DNA of 64,000 nucleotides. Origin: an uncultured virus (IMG/VR IMGVR_UViG_3300036815_000199) (lineage: Duplodnaviria > Heunggongvirae > Uroviricota > Caudoviricetes). The first letter of the stretch is position 1; each line of letters starts with the position of its first letter. The position numbers and the translations under genes were made by a program. Location of the stretch: IMG/VR virus record IMGVR_UViG_3300036815_000199; one strand, 5' to 3'. Below the pieces are notes generated by a model, which worked only from the letters and a program-made list of their open reading frames with translations, made no database searches and was not told the DNA's origin. This document shows, piece by piece, positions 44,395 to 54,751 of the stretch.

Positions 44395-44772
44395 ATGACC
44401 GAACCGGCCACCGAGCCGCTGACCGCCGCCGACCCGCCCGCCGACCTGCCCGCCGAGGTCGACGCCTACCTGCTCGCGGTCGCCATCAACGCCGTGATCG
44501 CCAACCGGAAAATCACCGCCGGCCAGGCCTGCGCGGAGATGGGCGTGGGCGACGAGAAGCTGTCGGCGCTGCGCCGCCGCGGCGAGCTGACCCCCGGCAT
44601 CGCGCTGCGCATGATCGCCTGGCTCAACGTGTCCCCGCGCAGCTTCCAGGCCGCCGGCCGCCAGGACATGATCGACCGCCGGACTGTTCCCGGTCCCGTT
44701 CGCGGGGTCCGCATCCCCGCCGACGCCCCGCCCGCCGACGACCTGCCGCCACGCGAACAGCAGGTGGCGTGA
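44395..44772 (+). CDS. XRE/Cro-like HTH transcriptional regulator
   Basis: GGAGG RBS; RKITAGQACAEMGVGDEKLSAL...ALRMIAWLNV. Confidence 0.7.
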   Translation: MTEPATEPLTAADPPADLPAEVDAYLLAVAINAVIANRKITAGQACAEMGVGDEKLSALRRRGELTPGIALRMIAWLNVSPRSFQAAGRQDMIDRRTVPGPVRGVRIPADAPPADDLPPREQQVA

Positions 44773-45080
44773 ATGGCAGGCCGCCCGGCCGTGCGGGCAG
44801 CCGCCGCCACGATGACACCCTCGTCCACGCCACCGTCCCGATGGCCGCCGCCGGGCCGCTCGACCCGGCCGTCCGCCGCGTGCTCGACTACCTGACCAGC
44901 GAGGTGCTCGACATGGAGGAAGCCGGCGACGCCGTGATGATCGACCAGTCCGACATGCTGCGCGGCCTGGGGCTGGCTGTCCCGAACTGGTCGGCCGTCG
45001 GCCGGATCACCAGCCGCGCGGCGCGGGCGCTGCGCTCCCCGCCGTACGTGCGGCCCGGGCGCCCCGCGCAGCCGCGATGA
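44769..45080 (+). CDS. Hypothetical protein
   Basis: GTGA coupling. Confidence 0.5.
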   Translation: MNGRPPGRAGSRRHDDTLVHATVPMAAAGPLDPAVRRVLDYLTSEVLDMEEAGDAVMIDQSDMLRGLGLAVPNWSAVGRITSRAARALRSPPYVRPGRPAQPR

Positions 45081-45121
45081 CCTGCCCCGGAATGACGGCA
45101 CTGAGGGAGAGAGTAGACACC

Positions 45122-46207
45122 ATGACGACGACGACAACCGACCGCCGGCGGCACCGGGTCACGCAGATCGCGCCCGCCGGCCTCGAGCACACCGACCGGG
45201 CCGCGTGGCTGGCGCTGCGCCGCCAGGGCATCGGCGGCTCCGACATGGCCGCCGTGCTCGGCATGGGCGAGTTCGGCCGGACCCGCTGGCAGGTGTGGCT
45301 CGACAAGACCGGCGCGCTGCCCGGCGACGAGGACGTCGACGAGAAGACCGCCGAGCGGTACCGGTTCGGGCACCGCACCGAGCTGGCCGCCGCCGACGAG
45401 TTCCGGTACCGCTGCCCGGGCGTGCAGCTGGCCCGGGTCGGCATGCTGGCGCGCGCCGACCTGCCGTGGCTGCGCGTCAACCTGGACCGGCGGGTGCGCG
45501 GCTGCCCCGACGGCGACGGCCCGTGCCTGCTGGAAATCAAGTCCCGGTCGGCGTACACCGCCAAGCAGTGGGACCGCGGCGGTGACCCCGAGCGGGTGCC
45601 CGACGCGCCCGCCATCCAGGTGCAGCACGGGCTGCTGGTCACCGGCTGGGGGCACGGGCACCTGGCCGTCGTGATCGGCGGGTCGGAGATGCTCGTCTAC
45701 CGGATCGACGCCGACCCCGGCCTGCAGAAAACGATGCTCGACGAGGGCCGGTGGTTCTGGCACCATCACGTGCTGCCGGGCGTCGCCCCGCCCATCGACG
45801 CCGCCGAGCGCACCGGCCGGCTGCTGGACCGGCTGTGGGGCGGCGACCCCGAGTCGGTCAAGGAGGCGCCCGCCGAGATCACCGGGCTGCTCGCCGAGCT
45901 GCGCGCCGCGTCAGCCGAGGCCGGCGACGCCGGCGCCCGCGCCAAGGCGATCGTGCACCGGCTGCAGGCGTGGCTCGGCGAGTTCGAGACCGCCGTCGAC
46001 TGGGAGGGCCGGGTGCTGTTCTCGTGGCGGCGCAACGGCACGTTCCGCGCCGGGGCGTTCCGCGACCAGCAGCCCGACGCCTATGCGCGGTACTGCCACG
46101 ACGTGACCGTCACCGACACCGACCGCCTCGCCGACGAGGACCCCGACCTGTACCGCCGATACCGGGCCCGGGCATTCCGCCTGGGCACCGCCACTGAAGG
46201 AGAGTAG
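45122..46207 (+). CDS. YqaJ/RecE-like viral exonuclease
   Basis: WLALRRQGIGGSD, VNLDR, LLEIKS, IQVQHGL. Confidence 0.93.
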   Translation: MTTTTTDRRRHRVTQIAPAGLEHTDRAAWLALRRQGIGGSDMAAVLGMGEFGRTRWQVWLDKTGALPGDEDVDEKTAERYRFGHRTELAAADEFRYRCPGVQLARVGMLARADLPWLRVNLDRRVRGCPDGDGPCLLEIKSRSAYTAKQWDRGGDPERVPDAPAIQVQHGLLVTGWGHGHLAVVIGGSEMLVYRIDADPGLQKTMLDEGRWFWHHHVLPGVAPPIDAAERTGRLLDRLWGGDPESVKEAPAEITGLLAELRAASAEAGDAGARAKAIVHRLQAWLGEFETAVDWEGRVLFSWRRNGTFRAGAFRDQQPDAYARYCHDVTVTDTDRLADEDPDLYRRYRARAFRLGTATEGE

Positions 46208-46212
46208 GAACC

Positions 46213-47616
46213 ATGGCAGACAACGACCAGAGGACCCGGCAGGGCCGCGCGGCGGCCGCCGCCGACGCCCGCCGCGCCGCCGAGACCGCGGCGCCCGACG
46301 GCGAACCCGGCGCCGAGCTCGTCCCCGTCGACCCGCTGCGGCAGACCCTCGACCGGTTCGCGCCCGAGGTCGCCAGGGCGCTGCCCAAGCTGATCGACTC
46401 CGACGCGTTCATGCGGGTCGTGCTGACCGGGCTGAAGTCCTCCAAGCAGGCCGCCGCGCTGGCCCAGTGCGACCGGCCGTCGCTGTTCGCCGCGCTGCTG
46501 GAGGCCGCGCGGCTGGGCCTGATGCCGTTCACCAACGAGGCCGCCATCATCCCGTTCGGCAAGACCGCCACGTTCGTGCCGATGTACCAGGGCTACGTGC
46601 AGCTGTTCTACCGGACCGGGCAGGTCGCCAGCGTCGTCCCGCAGCTCATCCGCCGGGGCGACGCCTGGGACCTGTCCTACGGTGACCAGGGCGGGTTCTA
46701 CCACCGGCCCGCGCTCGTCGACGGCGACGGCGAGCCGATCCAGCGCGGCCCGGCGATCCTGGCCTACTGCTACCTGGCGATGCGCGACGGGTCGCGGACG
46801 ATGGTCACCACCGTCGACCGGTGGGAGGCCGAGGACGTCATGCGCAACCACTCCCGGTCCTGGCAGCTCGCCGAGCGGAAGTGGACCGAGTCCGGCGGCA
46901 GGAAGGGCCGCGACTCCGCGTGGCACACCAACTTCGACGACATGTGGCTGAAGACCGCGATCCGCCGGCACACCAAGATCGCGCCGATGAGCCCCGAGCT
47001 GGTGCAGCTGCTGATGGTCGAGGACCGCGACGACCGCAAGCGGTACCGCGACGCGCCGATGCCGCCGCCGATCCCCGTCGTCGAGGGCATCGACTGGACC
47101 CGGGACGTCGACGGCACGGTGACCGGCGAGGTGCTGCCCGACGACGAGCGCGACGACGGCGAGCGCGACGACGGCGAGCGCCGCGAGCAGCGCGAGCACG
47201 TCACGATCACCGGCGCCGCCGCGCCGGCCGGCAACGGCGGCGGGCACCAGGCCGCGCGGCCCGGCGCGCCGCTGATCAACCCGCGGACCACCGGTCAGCT
47301 GAACTGGAAGTTCAACCAGGCCGGATGGGCGGGCGACGACTACCGCGACCGCCGCATCGCGGTCGCCGGCATCCTGGGCAACCTGGCCGGGCCGCCGCTG
47401 CCGATCACGGCGATCGCGCAGCTGACCGACGAGCAGGGCCGGGCCATCATCGCCTGGTTCGACGGCGAGCTGCTGCCGAAGGCCGCCGGCGACAAGGCGA
47501 AAAGCGCGGCGGTGCTGCAGGGCATCTACGACCACCGCGGCGAGCTGGCCACCGGGCAGCCGCCCGGCGACGTCGACGACGACCGGCCGCCGCCGCCTGA
47601 TGAGCCCGGCCGCTGA
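46213..47616 (+). CDS. recT: RecT-family single-strand annealing protein
   Basis: AARLGLMP, IIPF, YQGYVQL, WHTNFDDMWLKTAIRR. Confidence 0.93.
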   Translation: MADNDQRTRQGRAAAAADARRAAETAAPDGEPGAELVPVDPLRQTLDRFAPEVARALPKLIDSDAFMRVVLTGLKSSKQAAALAQCDRPSLFAALLEAARLGLMPFTNEAAIIPFGKTATFVPMYQGYVQLFYRTGQVASVVPQLIRRGDAWDLSYGDQGGFYHRPALVDGDGEPIQRGPAILAYCYLAMRDGSRTMVTTVDRWEAEDVMRNHSRSWQLAERKWTESGGRKGRDSAWHTNFDDMWLKTAIRRHTKIAPMSPELVQLLMVEDRDDRKRYRDAPMPPPIPVVEGIDWTRDVDGTVTGEVLPDDERDDGERDDGERREQREHVTITGAAAPAGNGGGHQAARPGAPLINPRTTGQLNWKFNQAGWAGDDYRDRRIAVAGILGNLAGPPLPITAIAQLTDEQGRAIIAWFDGELLPKAAGDKAKSAAVLQGIYDHRGELATGQPPGDVDDDRPPPPDEPGR

Positions 47617-47990
47617 TGGACTGCCGGTTCTGCTGGCTGCCCGTCAGCCCCGCCCTGATCGCCGCGGCGGGGCTGACGGCGCACCCGTGCTGCGACCCCG
47701 GCGACCCGCTGCCGCCCGCGCTGGAAGACGCCGTCACCGCGTGGGTCACCGCCGCGCTCGAGACCGGGGAGCCGCTGGCCGCGCCGGACCCGTGGCTGCT
47801 CGCCGACCAGTACCGCGCCGAGCACCTGGCCGCCGAGCTGGCCGCGCTGCGCGCCCTGGCCGCGGTGCGCGGCCCCACCGGCGCCAGCGTCCGAGCGACC
47901 ATGCCGCCCGTAGCCCGCCAGGCCACGCCCGACCCGCGGCGCTGGCCGCCCGGGAGCCACGGCGAGGTCGCCAACCGAAGGAGGTACTGA
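47616..47990 (+). CDS. Hypothetical protein
   Basis: TGATG coupling; CxxC...HPCC. Confidence 0.55.
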   Translation: MDCRFCWLPVSPALIAAAGLTAHPCCDPGDPLPPALEDAVTAWVTAALETGEPLAAPDPWLLADQYRAEHLAAELAALRALAAVRGPTGASVRATMPPVARQATPDPRRWPPGSHGEVANRRRY

Positions 47991-48913
47991 TGGCGTTCCT
48001 GTGCGGCGGGCTGTGGCTGCCCGACGGCATCCCCGACCTGTCCAGCGACGCCGACCCGTGCTGCGCCGGGCGGGCGCTCGACGGGCCGCGCGGCTGCGAG
48101 TGCTGGACCGAGGTGTTCAGCCCGCTCGTCCAGGCGCCGCCCGCCGAGGGCCTGCCGCAGATCCCCGACCCGGTCGAGCCGTGCCGCGACTGCGCGTACC
48201 GGCACGGGTCGCCGGAGAAGAACGGCGACCCCGGCTGCAGCGCCGACGGCGAGGACCTGGAGCGGCTGGCCGCCGCCGGCGAGCCGTTCTTCTGCCACGC
48301 CGGGATCCGCTACCTGATCGGCTACGTCCACCCCGCGTGCGGGCGGCCCGGCTGCGAGGGGACCACCTGGTCGCCGCCGAAGGGCGACTACCGGCCGCCC
48401 ATCATCGGCCGCGTCCCCTACCAGGCCGACGGATCGCCGGGATTCCTGTGCGCCGGGTGGATGCTGCGCCGCGCGACGCTGATCCGCCAGCGTCAGACGA
48501 TGGCGGGCGCCGCCGCCGAGGAGTCCCGCGGCCTGGCCTGCGGCTGCCGCTACGTGCTGGCCGGCGGCCGGTGGTGGCAGGTCGTCGCCTGCCCCGGGCA
48601 CCGGTTCGAGTTCGGGCCGCTCGACGAGCCGCGGGAGACCGAGGGTGCCGGGTTACGCGGCGGGCGCGGCGGGCCGCGCCGTCTGGGAGGCCGCCGCCGG
48701 GCGGAAGGCGCCGGCGCCGCAGGCCGACCCGCAGGCGATGGCCGGCGGGCCGGGCGCGCTGGCCGCCGCCGCCGCGCTCGCCGCCCGGTGCCGCTGCGGC
48801 GACCCGATGATGGTCCACGAGATCGCCGAGTCCGGCCGGGCCAGGGGCGCCCGCACGTGGTGCACGATGATGACAGCGGCGGGGCCCTGCGGCTGCCGCC
48901 GGTTCACGGCTGA
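47990..48913 (+). CDS. Cys-rich protein (DUF6283-like); 3' extent uncertain
   Basis: AAGGAGG RBS; PCRDCAYR...FFCH...CAGW. Confidence 0.6.
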   Translation: MAFLCGGLWLPDGIPDLSSDADPCCAGRALDGPRGCECWTEVFSPLVQAPPAEGLPQIPDPVEPCRDCAYRHGSPEKNGDPGCSADGEDLERLAAAGEPFFCHAGIRYLIGYVHPACGRPGCEGTTWSPPKGDYRPPIIGRVPYQADGSPGFLCAGWMLRRATLIRQRQTMAGAAAEESRGLACGCRYVLAGGRWWQVVACPGHRFEFGPLDEPRETEGAGLRGGRGGPRRLGGRRRAEGAGAAGRPAGDGRRAGRAGRRRRARRPVPLRRPDDGPRDRRVRPGQGRPHVVHDDDSGGALRLPPVHG

Positions 48914-48925
48914 AGGAGAGAGCAA

Positions 48926-49459
48926 GTGACCGACCAGACAACCGGTCCCGAACTGCACGGGATCACCTACACCGCCGCCACCGGCGACCTGATGATGGCG
49001 ATGCAGGAATGTTTCGCCGACGGGGAGGTCGCGGGGCACCTGGCGCTCTGCCGTCCCGACGGGCGCCGCGCGCTGGCCGCCCAGTTCGCCGAGCTGCGCG
49101 CCCGGGACACCGCCGCGCTCGCCCGCGCGACCCCGGTCCAGCTCGCCATCTCGTGGGGCGACTGCTGGGTGTGGCACGGCCCCGGCCTGACCTGCTGGGG
49201 CTACATCGAGACGCTGACCGACGTGATCGGCGCGGAGCTGGCCGCCTGCGAGCGCGCGGGGATGCCCGGCGACGAGGCGATGGCCGCCACGCAGCGGACG
49301 GTCGGCTACATCACCGAGAACTACGCCCGGGGCTGGCGGCACGGCCGCGGCTACTCGGTGATCGAGCCGGCCGGCGAACCGGGCTACTGTCACGTGTCGG
49401 TGCTGGAGCCGGTCACCCGCGAGCAGTTCGCCGCCGCCGCGGCGCGGGGGTGGCGGTAA
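48926..49459 (+). CDS. Hypothetical protein
   Basis: CTGAAGGAGAGA before GTG. Confidence 0.7.
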   Translation: MTDQTTGPELHGITYTAATGDLMMAMQECFADGEVAGHLALCRPDGRRALAAQFAELRARDTAALARATPVQLAISWGDCWVWHGPGLTCWGYIETLTDVIGAELAACERAGMPGDEAMAATQRTVGYITENYARGWRHGRGYSVIEPAGEPGYCHVSVLEPVTREQFAAAAARGWR

Positions 49460-49650
49460 TGGCCCTGGCCGTGCATGTCCTCGGATTCTCGGTGGCGGCG
49501 GGGTGCCTGATCATGGCCGCCGGCGTGGTCATGATCGACCGGGCGATCGCCCGGTCGGCGCGGCGGACCTGGGAGGAACGCCACCCCGGCATGAGCTGGG
49601 ACGACTGGCAGGCGATGCGGAAGGCGATGCGGAAGGGCGGCGGGCAGTGA
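49459..49650 (+). CDS. Small single-TM protein
   Basis: TAATG coupling; N-terminal hydrophobic helix. Confidence 0.55.
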   Translation: MALAVHVLGFSVAAGCLIMAAGVVMIDRAIARSARRTWEERHPGMSWDDWQAMRKAMRKGGGQ

Positions 49651-50048
49651 CCTGGCCGGTCGAGTTCAGCCCGGCCGTCCGCGCCGAGGTCATCGCCCGC
49701 GACACCCCGCCCGGCATGGGCCGGCCCTTTTGCGTGGTGTGCGGGCAGCCGGTCACCGGCGCCGTGATCCACGTCCACCACGTGCTGTACAAATCGCGCG
49801 GCGGCGACGGCCGCCCGTCCAACGGGATCGTGGTGCACGGCGACGGCCAGGCCGAGGAATGCCACCGCGCCCGGATCCACAGCCAGGCCACCACGGCGGC
49901 CGCGGTCGGCGGCTGGGCCAGGTCGCGGCACGCCCGCGACCCCTACAGCCTGCCGGTGCGGTGCGCGCTGCGCGGCTGGATCGTGCTGCTCGACGACCCC
50001 GGCCCCGACGGGCTGCTGTGGCGGAAGGAGACCCCCGATGGACGGTGA
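49647..50048 (+). CDS. HNH endonuclease
   Basis: CVVCG, HVHH..YKSRGG, SNGIVVH, CH...H. Confidence 0.85.
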   Translation: MTWPVEFSPAVRAEVIARDTPPGMGRPFCVVCGQPVTGAVIHVHHVLYKSRGGDGRPSNGIVVHGDGQAEECHRARIHSQATTAAAVGGWARSRHARDPYSLPVRCALRGWIVLLDDPGPDGLLWRKETPDGR

Positions 50049-51591
50049 CCCGCGCGACGACCTCGGCCCGGTGCTCGCCGAGCTCGCCGCCGCGCTGCTG
50101 GCCCGCGCCCGGGCGGCCAACCTGGCCGCGATGACCCGCGCCGAGGGCCTGGTCGCCGAAATCGGGGTGCGCAACGGCCAGCTGGCCTGCGGGCGCTGCT
50201 ACGGCGGCCCGGGCCTGACCGCGACCGGGACGGGCGACTGCACCTGCCCGGCGCGGTGCGCCCGGCCCTGCTGCCTGGCCGGCGACGGGGTGCTCGACGG
50301 CGGCGAGCCGTGACCGCCGCGCTGCTGCGCGTCCACGCCGGCCGCGCCTCCACCTTCGTCGCCATCCACGCCGAGGAAACCGAGCTGGTGCTGGCCCGCA
50401 TCGGGCAGGCGTTCGCCGACCTGACCGGCTGCGACCCGGCCGCCATCGCCGCCGCCGCCGTGCCGTGGGACACGCTGGGCGGTCCGGGGATCAGGGCGAT
50501 CGCCGCGGCGCAGCTGGCCACCGGCGGGCCGCGCACGATCGTGTTCCTGGGCACCGCGGCGGGCGGGCAGTGGGTGACCTGGCACGTGCCCGCGCCGGCG
50601 CCGGACCCGGCGCCGCGGTGAGCGGCAAGCCGCCGCCGGTGCACTGCGGGTCGTGCCTGGCGGAAATCTACTGGGCGTTCCCCGAGTTCGGCCAGAAGGG
50701 CGGGAAGATGCCGATCAACGCCGGGTCGGCGGGCACCGGCAACGCCGAGGTGTGGCGCGACGAGGGCGGGGTGCTGCGCTACCGGATGCTGCACCACAGC
50801 GAGTCGCCCGGCCCGGGCCGGTTCCGGGGCATGCCGCACTGGGCGACGTGCGAGAACGCCGACGATCACCGGCGGCGGCGGTGACGGCGCGGACCGGCGG
50901 TGACCGCGTGCAGGTCGAGCTGCCCGGCGAGCACGGCGGCAGCTACGCGGTCCAGGGCCGGCTGCTGACCGACGGGAACGTGATCGGCGGGGTGACGTGG
51001 TACGTGGTGGAGACCGACCACGGCAGCCGCCTCGTCGTCGCCGAGGGCGAGCTGCAGGACCCCGCCGCCGGCGATCCGGGGCAGCGGTGACCGTCCCGCC
51101 GTCGGGGCCGCTGGCGACCGCGATCTGGCGGGCCGCGCCGATGCTCGAGGTGGTGACCGGCGCGGCGCTCGACGAGCACACCGAGGCGGGGGCGCGGGCG
51201 ATCGAGGCGCGCGTCGCGCAGGGTCATCTGTGCGTGATCTGCGGGCAGCCGGCGGGCGCGGCGCTGGTGGTCCGGCCGGGACCGGAGTCGCCGGCGTCGT
51301 TCGCGCCGCGGTGGGCGGATCTGTGCGTGCCGCACTTCGCGGTGCTGGTCGCCGAGAGCCCCTGGGAGCCTGGCCGTGGCTGACCCGGTGGCGGGCTGGC
51401 CGTTTACCGATCCGGTCACCGGCGAGGAGTGCGCGCTGGTGGTGCGCAGCGGCCGGCCGTGGGTGATCCACGCGGGGTGCGACGGGCTGGCCGACGTGGT
51501 GCCGGTGCTCGACGCGTTCTACTGCGCGGCGTGCGGCTGGTCGGGGCGGGTGCGGGGTGCCTGGGTCGCGGGGCTGCTGGCCGGGCAGTAG
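50038..51591 (+). other. Chain of six short coupled hypothetical ORFs (50038-50313, 50310-50621, 50618-50884, 50881-51090, 51087-51383, 51376-51591), several with CxxC motifs
   Basis: Successive start-stop overlaps (mostly GTGA). Confidence 0.55.
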
Positions 51592-51633
51592 GACCGACGT
51601 CCCACCGGGACCGGTCCCTGGCCTGCGGCGATC

Positions 51634-51660
51634 TGGTATTATGTATATATGAGCAACACG
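51634..51660 (+). promoter_or_regulatory. AT-rich phage promoter repeat, leaderless start
   Basis: TGGTATTATGTATATATGAGCAACACG; ATG 6 nt after TATTAT, no RBS. Confidence 0.8.
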
Positions 51661-52158
51661 ACCAGGACCGGCTACCACGGGATCACCTACGTGATCCCCT
51701 GCTCGGCGCGCAAGGCCGCCGCCGCCGCCCCGGCCCGCGACCTGTACACCGGCGCGATGTTCCGGCACAGCCTGGCCGCCGCCGAGGCGCTGGCCCGCTG
51801 GGACCGCGCCCAGGGCCACGAGGCGCGGATCCTGGTCCTGTCGGCCCTGCACGGCCTGGTCACCCTCGACCAGGTGATCGCCCCCTACGACCGCAAGATG
51901 GGCGACGCCGGCGCCGTCACCCCCGCCCGGCTGGCCGGGCAGGCGTGGCAGCTCGGCCTCCGGGCCGACGGCGACGGCTGGGCGGCGTCCCCGGCGGTCT
52001 ACTCGCTGTGCCCCGCCGCCTACTACGACGTCCTGTCCGACGCCCTGCAGCGGCTCGGCGTCTACCCCCAGGACTGCTACGAGGCCACCTGCGGCGTCGG
52101 CGACCAGCGCCACGTCAACACCGTCTGCCGCTGGGACGACGTCCCGGCGGTCGCCTGA
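51649..52158 (+). CDS. DUF6884/YaaA-like protein
   Basis: VIPCSARK...PARDLYTG..F...ILVLSALHGL....IAPYD. Confidence 0.8.
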   Translation: MSNTTRTGYHGITYVIPCSARKAAAAAPARDLYTGAMFRHSLAAAEALARWDRAQGHEARILVLSALHGLVTLDQVIAPYDRKMGDAGAVTPARLAGQAWQLGLRADGDGWAASPAVYSLCPAAYYDVLSDALQRLGVYPQDCYEATCGVGDQRHVNTVCRWDDVPAVA

Positions 52159-52169
52159 AGGAGAGAACA

Positions 52170-52478
52170 ATGACCGACCAGACCAGCCAGGCCGTCCCCG
52201 TGTTCGGCCCGCCCGAGACCATCACCGTCGCCGAGCTGCGCGCCGGCGACTTCCTGATCGCCATCCCGGCGCAGGAGGGCGTCCGCGGCGTCGTCGTCAA
52301 CTCCGGCATCGCCGAGCTGTCCGACGACTACAACACGTGGCGGCAGAGCACCGGCTACCGGCGGCCGAAGGTGCCCGTCCGGTCGCTGGTCATCATCGTC
52401 CGCGACCCGAAGGCCAAGCCGGTCAACCGGCCGGCCGGCTTCCAGGCCGAGGTGCGGCGCCCGCAGGCGTCGTCATGA
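52170..52478 (+). CDS. Hypothetical protein
   Basis: CTGAAGGAGAGA before ATG. Confidence 0.7.
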   Translation: MTDQTSQAVPVFGPPETITVAELRAGDFLIAIPAQEGVRGVVVNSGIAELSDDYNTWRQSTGYRRPKVPVRSLVIIVRDPKAKPVNRPAGFQAEVRRPQASS

Positions 52479-52699
52479 CGCGGCGGGGCGTGACCGTGAC
52501 CCAGTACCAGGGGCCGACGATGCGCTTCGAGTCCGCCGAGGCGTACGGCCGGTGGCTGGTCGACGGCTACCGGGCGGCGGTCAGCGATGACGAGCTGGCC
52601 GACTTCGCCGTCGACTGCACCGAGCAGTGGGACGATCCGGCCGGCGCCGCCGACGGCCAGGCGATCGTCGATGCCATGTGCGAAGAGGCCGGGCTGTGA
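52475..52699 (+). CDS. Hypothetical protein
   Basis: ATGA coupling. Confidence 0.6.
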   Translation: MTRRGVTVTQYQGPTMRFESAEAYGRWLVDGYRAAVSDDELADFAVDCTEQWDDPAGAADGQAIVDAMCEEAGL

Positions 52700-53010
52700 C
52701 CAGGCCCCGGCGGGCGCTGACCCCCGCCGACGTGACCCGCCGCTACCGGTCGTTCCGCGGCGGCCGGCTGGAGGCGTGGGCGGCCGCGTCCCGCGACGGG
52801 CTGTGGGCCTACGAGCGGCTGGAGATCAGCGGCACCCCATGGGAGGCCCGGCACGTCCCGACCGGCATCGCCCCCGACTGGTACGGCACCCTGACCGCCG
52901 CCCGCGCGGCGACCGCCGACGGCACCGCGCTGGCCGCCGTCGAGCGGATCGCGGCGCACGACCGCGGCGAGCACGACGCCGGGCGCGACCCCCGCTGCCG
53001 GCGGTGCTGA
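52696..53010 (+). CDS. Hypothetical protein
   Basis: GTGA coupling. Confidence 0.6.
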   Translation: MTRPRRALTPADVTRRYRSFRGGRLEAWAAASRDGLWAYERLEISGTPWEARHVPTGIAPDWYGTLTAARAATADGTALAAVERIAAHDRGEHDAGRDPRCRRC

Positions 53011-53076
53011 CTAGGACCGAGGGCACATTCGAATACGTACGGAAAACGCGCCCCGACCAGCCCAGACGCGGCCGGG

Positions 53077-53112
53077 ACGTGGTACTATGTATATATGAGC
53101 AACACGGACACG
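53077..53112 (+). promoter_or_regulatory. AT-rich phage promoter repeat, leaderless start (36 bp identical to 57114-57149)
   Basis: ACGTGGTACTATGTATATATGAGCAACACGGACACG. Confidence 0.85.
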
Positions 53113-53328
53113 CACCCGATGACCAGGAACCAGGCCCGCACGATCGCCAGGGCGATCAACGACGGCGCCGACGCCAGCCGCTACCACGTCAACGGCGTGC
53201 TGCCGGATGAGGTGCTCGACCAGATCGTCGACATCTCGATGGCCCTCGGCTGCACCTGCCCGGCCTTCCACCGCACCCACCCGCACCACAGCCCGGCCCG
53301 CGTCCGCCGCGGCGGCCGGCTCGTCTGA
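53095..53328 (+). CDS. Hypothetical protein (leaderless)
   Basis: Start lies inside the promoter repeat; CTCPAF motif. Confidence 0.65.
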   Translation: MSNTDTHPMTRNQARTIARAINDGADASRYHVNGVLPDEVLDQIVDISMALGCTCPAFHRTHPHHSPARVRRGGRLV

Positions 53329-53355
53329 CCCGCCACCACCTGAAGGAGAGAGACC

Positions 53356-54012
53356 ATGACCGCCACCACCAAGAGCCGCAGCCGCCGCAAGGCACCCACC
53401 CGCGCCAGCGTCGAGGCCGCCGCCAAGCGCAAGGCCGAGCTGTTCGACAAGCTGGAGGCCTGGGAGGAAGAGACCGACCAGGACACCATCGACGCGGCGG
53501 TCGCCATGTTCGCCGCGATCGACGACGGCTACTCCGACCGCAACGCGATGCTGATCGCCATGCAGGACCCGGAGGCCACCAAGGTCGCCGGCTACCGCCA
53601 GTGGCAGGACGTCGGCCGCCAGGTCGGCAGCTACCCCGAGGGCCAGGGCGGCATCACCATCGTCCGGTTCGCCGGCAGCTACAAGACCAAGGACGGCGCC
53701 GAGGGCGCCGGTCCCTCGGCCGACTTCGGCGCCAAGCCCGCCGAGCACGACGCGGCCGGCGACGACGCCAAGGCCAAGGAGCGCAACCGGTTCGCGCTGA
53801 CCACCGTGCACGACATCCGGTGGACCACCGAGCTGCGCTGCGCGACGTGCGGCGCGCCGGTCCACCGCACCGGCTACGACAAGGCGACGAAGCGCCACAC
53901 CTGGACGCACAGCGACCAGCTCAACGTCGGCCACCCCGTCGAGCTTCCCCGCCGCCCGGCCGCCCAGGACGCCGACGCCGCCGAGGACGCCGACGCCGCC
54001 GCCGCCGAGTAA
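53356..54012 (+). CDS. ArdC-like ssDNA-binding anti-restriction domain protein
   Basis: YSDRNAMLIAMQDPEATKVAGYRQWQDVGRQV...GITI. Confidence 0.82.
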   Translation: MTATTKSRSRRKAPTRASVEAAAKRKAELFDKLEAWEEETDQDTIDAAVAMFAAIDDGYSDRNAMLIAMQDPEATKVAGYRQWQDVGRQVGSYPEGQGGITIVRFAGSYKTKDGAEGAGPSADFGAKPAEHDAAGDDAKAKERNRFALTTVHDIRWTTELRCATCGAPVHRTGYDKATKRHTWTHSDQLNVGHPVELPRRPAAQDADAAEDADAAAAE

Positions 54013-54022
54013 CACACCGACC

Positions 54023-54048
54023 CCCGGGCGCCCTGGCGGGCGCCCGGG
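54023..54048 (+). terminator. GC-rich hairpin (terminator or processing site)
   Basis: CCCGGGCGCC / GGCGCCCGGG perfect stem just before a 12-mer copy. Confidence 0.5.
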
Positions 54049-54071
54049 CCGCTACCTGAAGGAGAGACCCG

Positions 54072-54488
54072 ATGACCGACACCATCAGCCCGACCGAGGC
54101 CCGCCAGGGGCAGGCCGCCCGGTTCGCGGCCGAGCTCGGCCTGGACGCCGAGGCGCTGTACGCCGGCGCGATGGCCGCGTGGAGCAACCTGAACCCGCAG
54201 TCCGTCGCGTTCGAGCTGGCGCTGTCGGCGGCCGCGGCCGTGCTGCTCGCCGCCACCCGGCAGGCCGCCAGCCGGCACGCCGCCGATACCGCGCTGCTCG
54301 TCACCGCCCTGGCGACCAGCGACCGGGAGCTGATCACCGCCGTGCTGACCGAGACCGCCGGCGCCCGGGACCGCGAGGCGCGCGGGCACCGCTGGGTCGG
54401 CGAGCGCTTCGCCGCCGTCCGCGCCGGGCTGCGCGCCGAGGCCCGCCGCATGCGCGACCTGGCCGGCCGGCTGGCGGTGACCCGGTGA
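54072..54488 (+). CDS. Hypothetical protein
   Basis: CTGAAGGAGAGA before ATG. Confidence 0.65.
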   Translation: MTDTISPTEARQGQAARFAAELGLDAEALYAGAMAAWSNLNPQSVAFELALSAAAAVLLAATRQAASRHAADTALLVTALATSDRELITAVLTETAGARDREARGHRWVGERFAAVRAGLRAEARRMRDLAGRLAVTR

Positions 54489-54751
54489 CCGCCATCGGCG
54501 ACACCCGCCCGCCCGCCGCCCGCGCGGCGGTCCTGCTGGTGCTGACCGAGCAGACCCGCGACTACCCCGGCAGCGGCCACGCGCCGCTGAGCATGGGCCG
54601 CGACCTGCTCGCCTACCGGACCGGGCTGGCCCGGCCGGTCGCCGCGGCGGCGGCCGACGCGCTCGCCAAGGCCGGCGCGGTGACCCGGATCCGCGAGCGC
54701 GGGCGGGTCCGCTACTACGTGCCGCGACCGGCAGGGGACCAGTCATGCTGA
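54485..54751 (+). CDS. Small winged-helix-like protein (putative)
   Basis: GTGA coupling; LAKAGAVTR.....RYYV. Confidence 0.5.
   Translation: MTAIGDTRPPAARAAVLLVLTEQTRDYPGSGHAPLSMGRDLLAYRTGLARPVAAAAADALAKAGAVTRIRERGRVRYYVPRPAGDQSC

Noticed and set aside
48645..48929. Overlapping ORF suggesting a programmed frameshift in the Cys-rich gene at 47990
   Set aside because: No slippery sequence seen; a simple overlap or loss of a stop codon explains it equally well.
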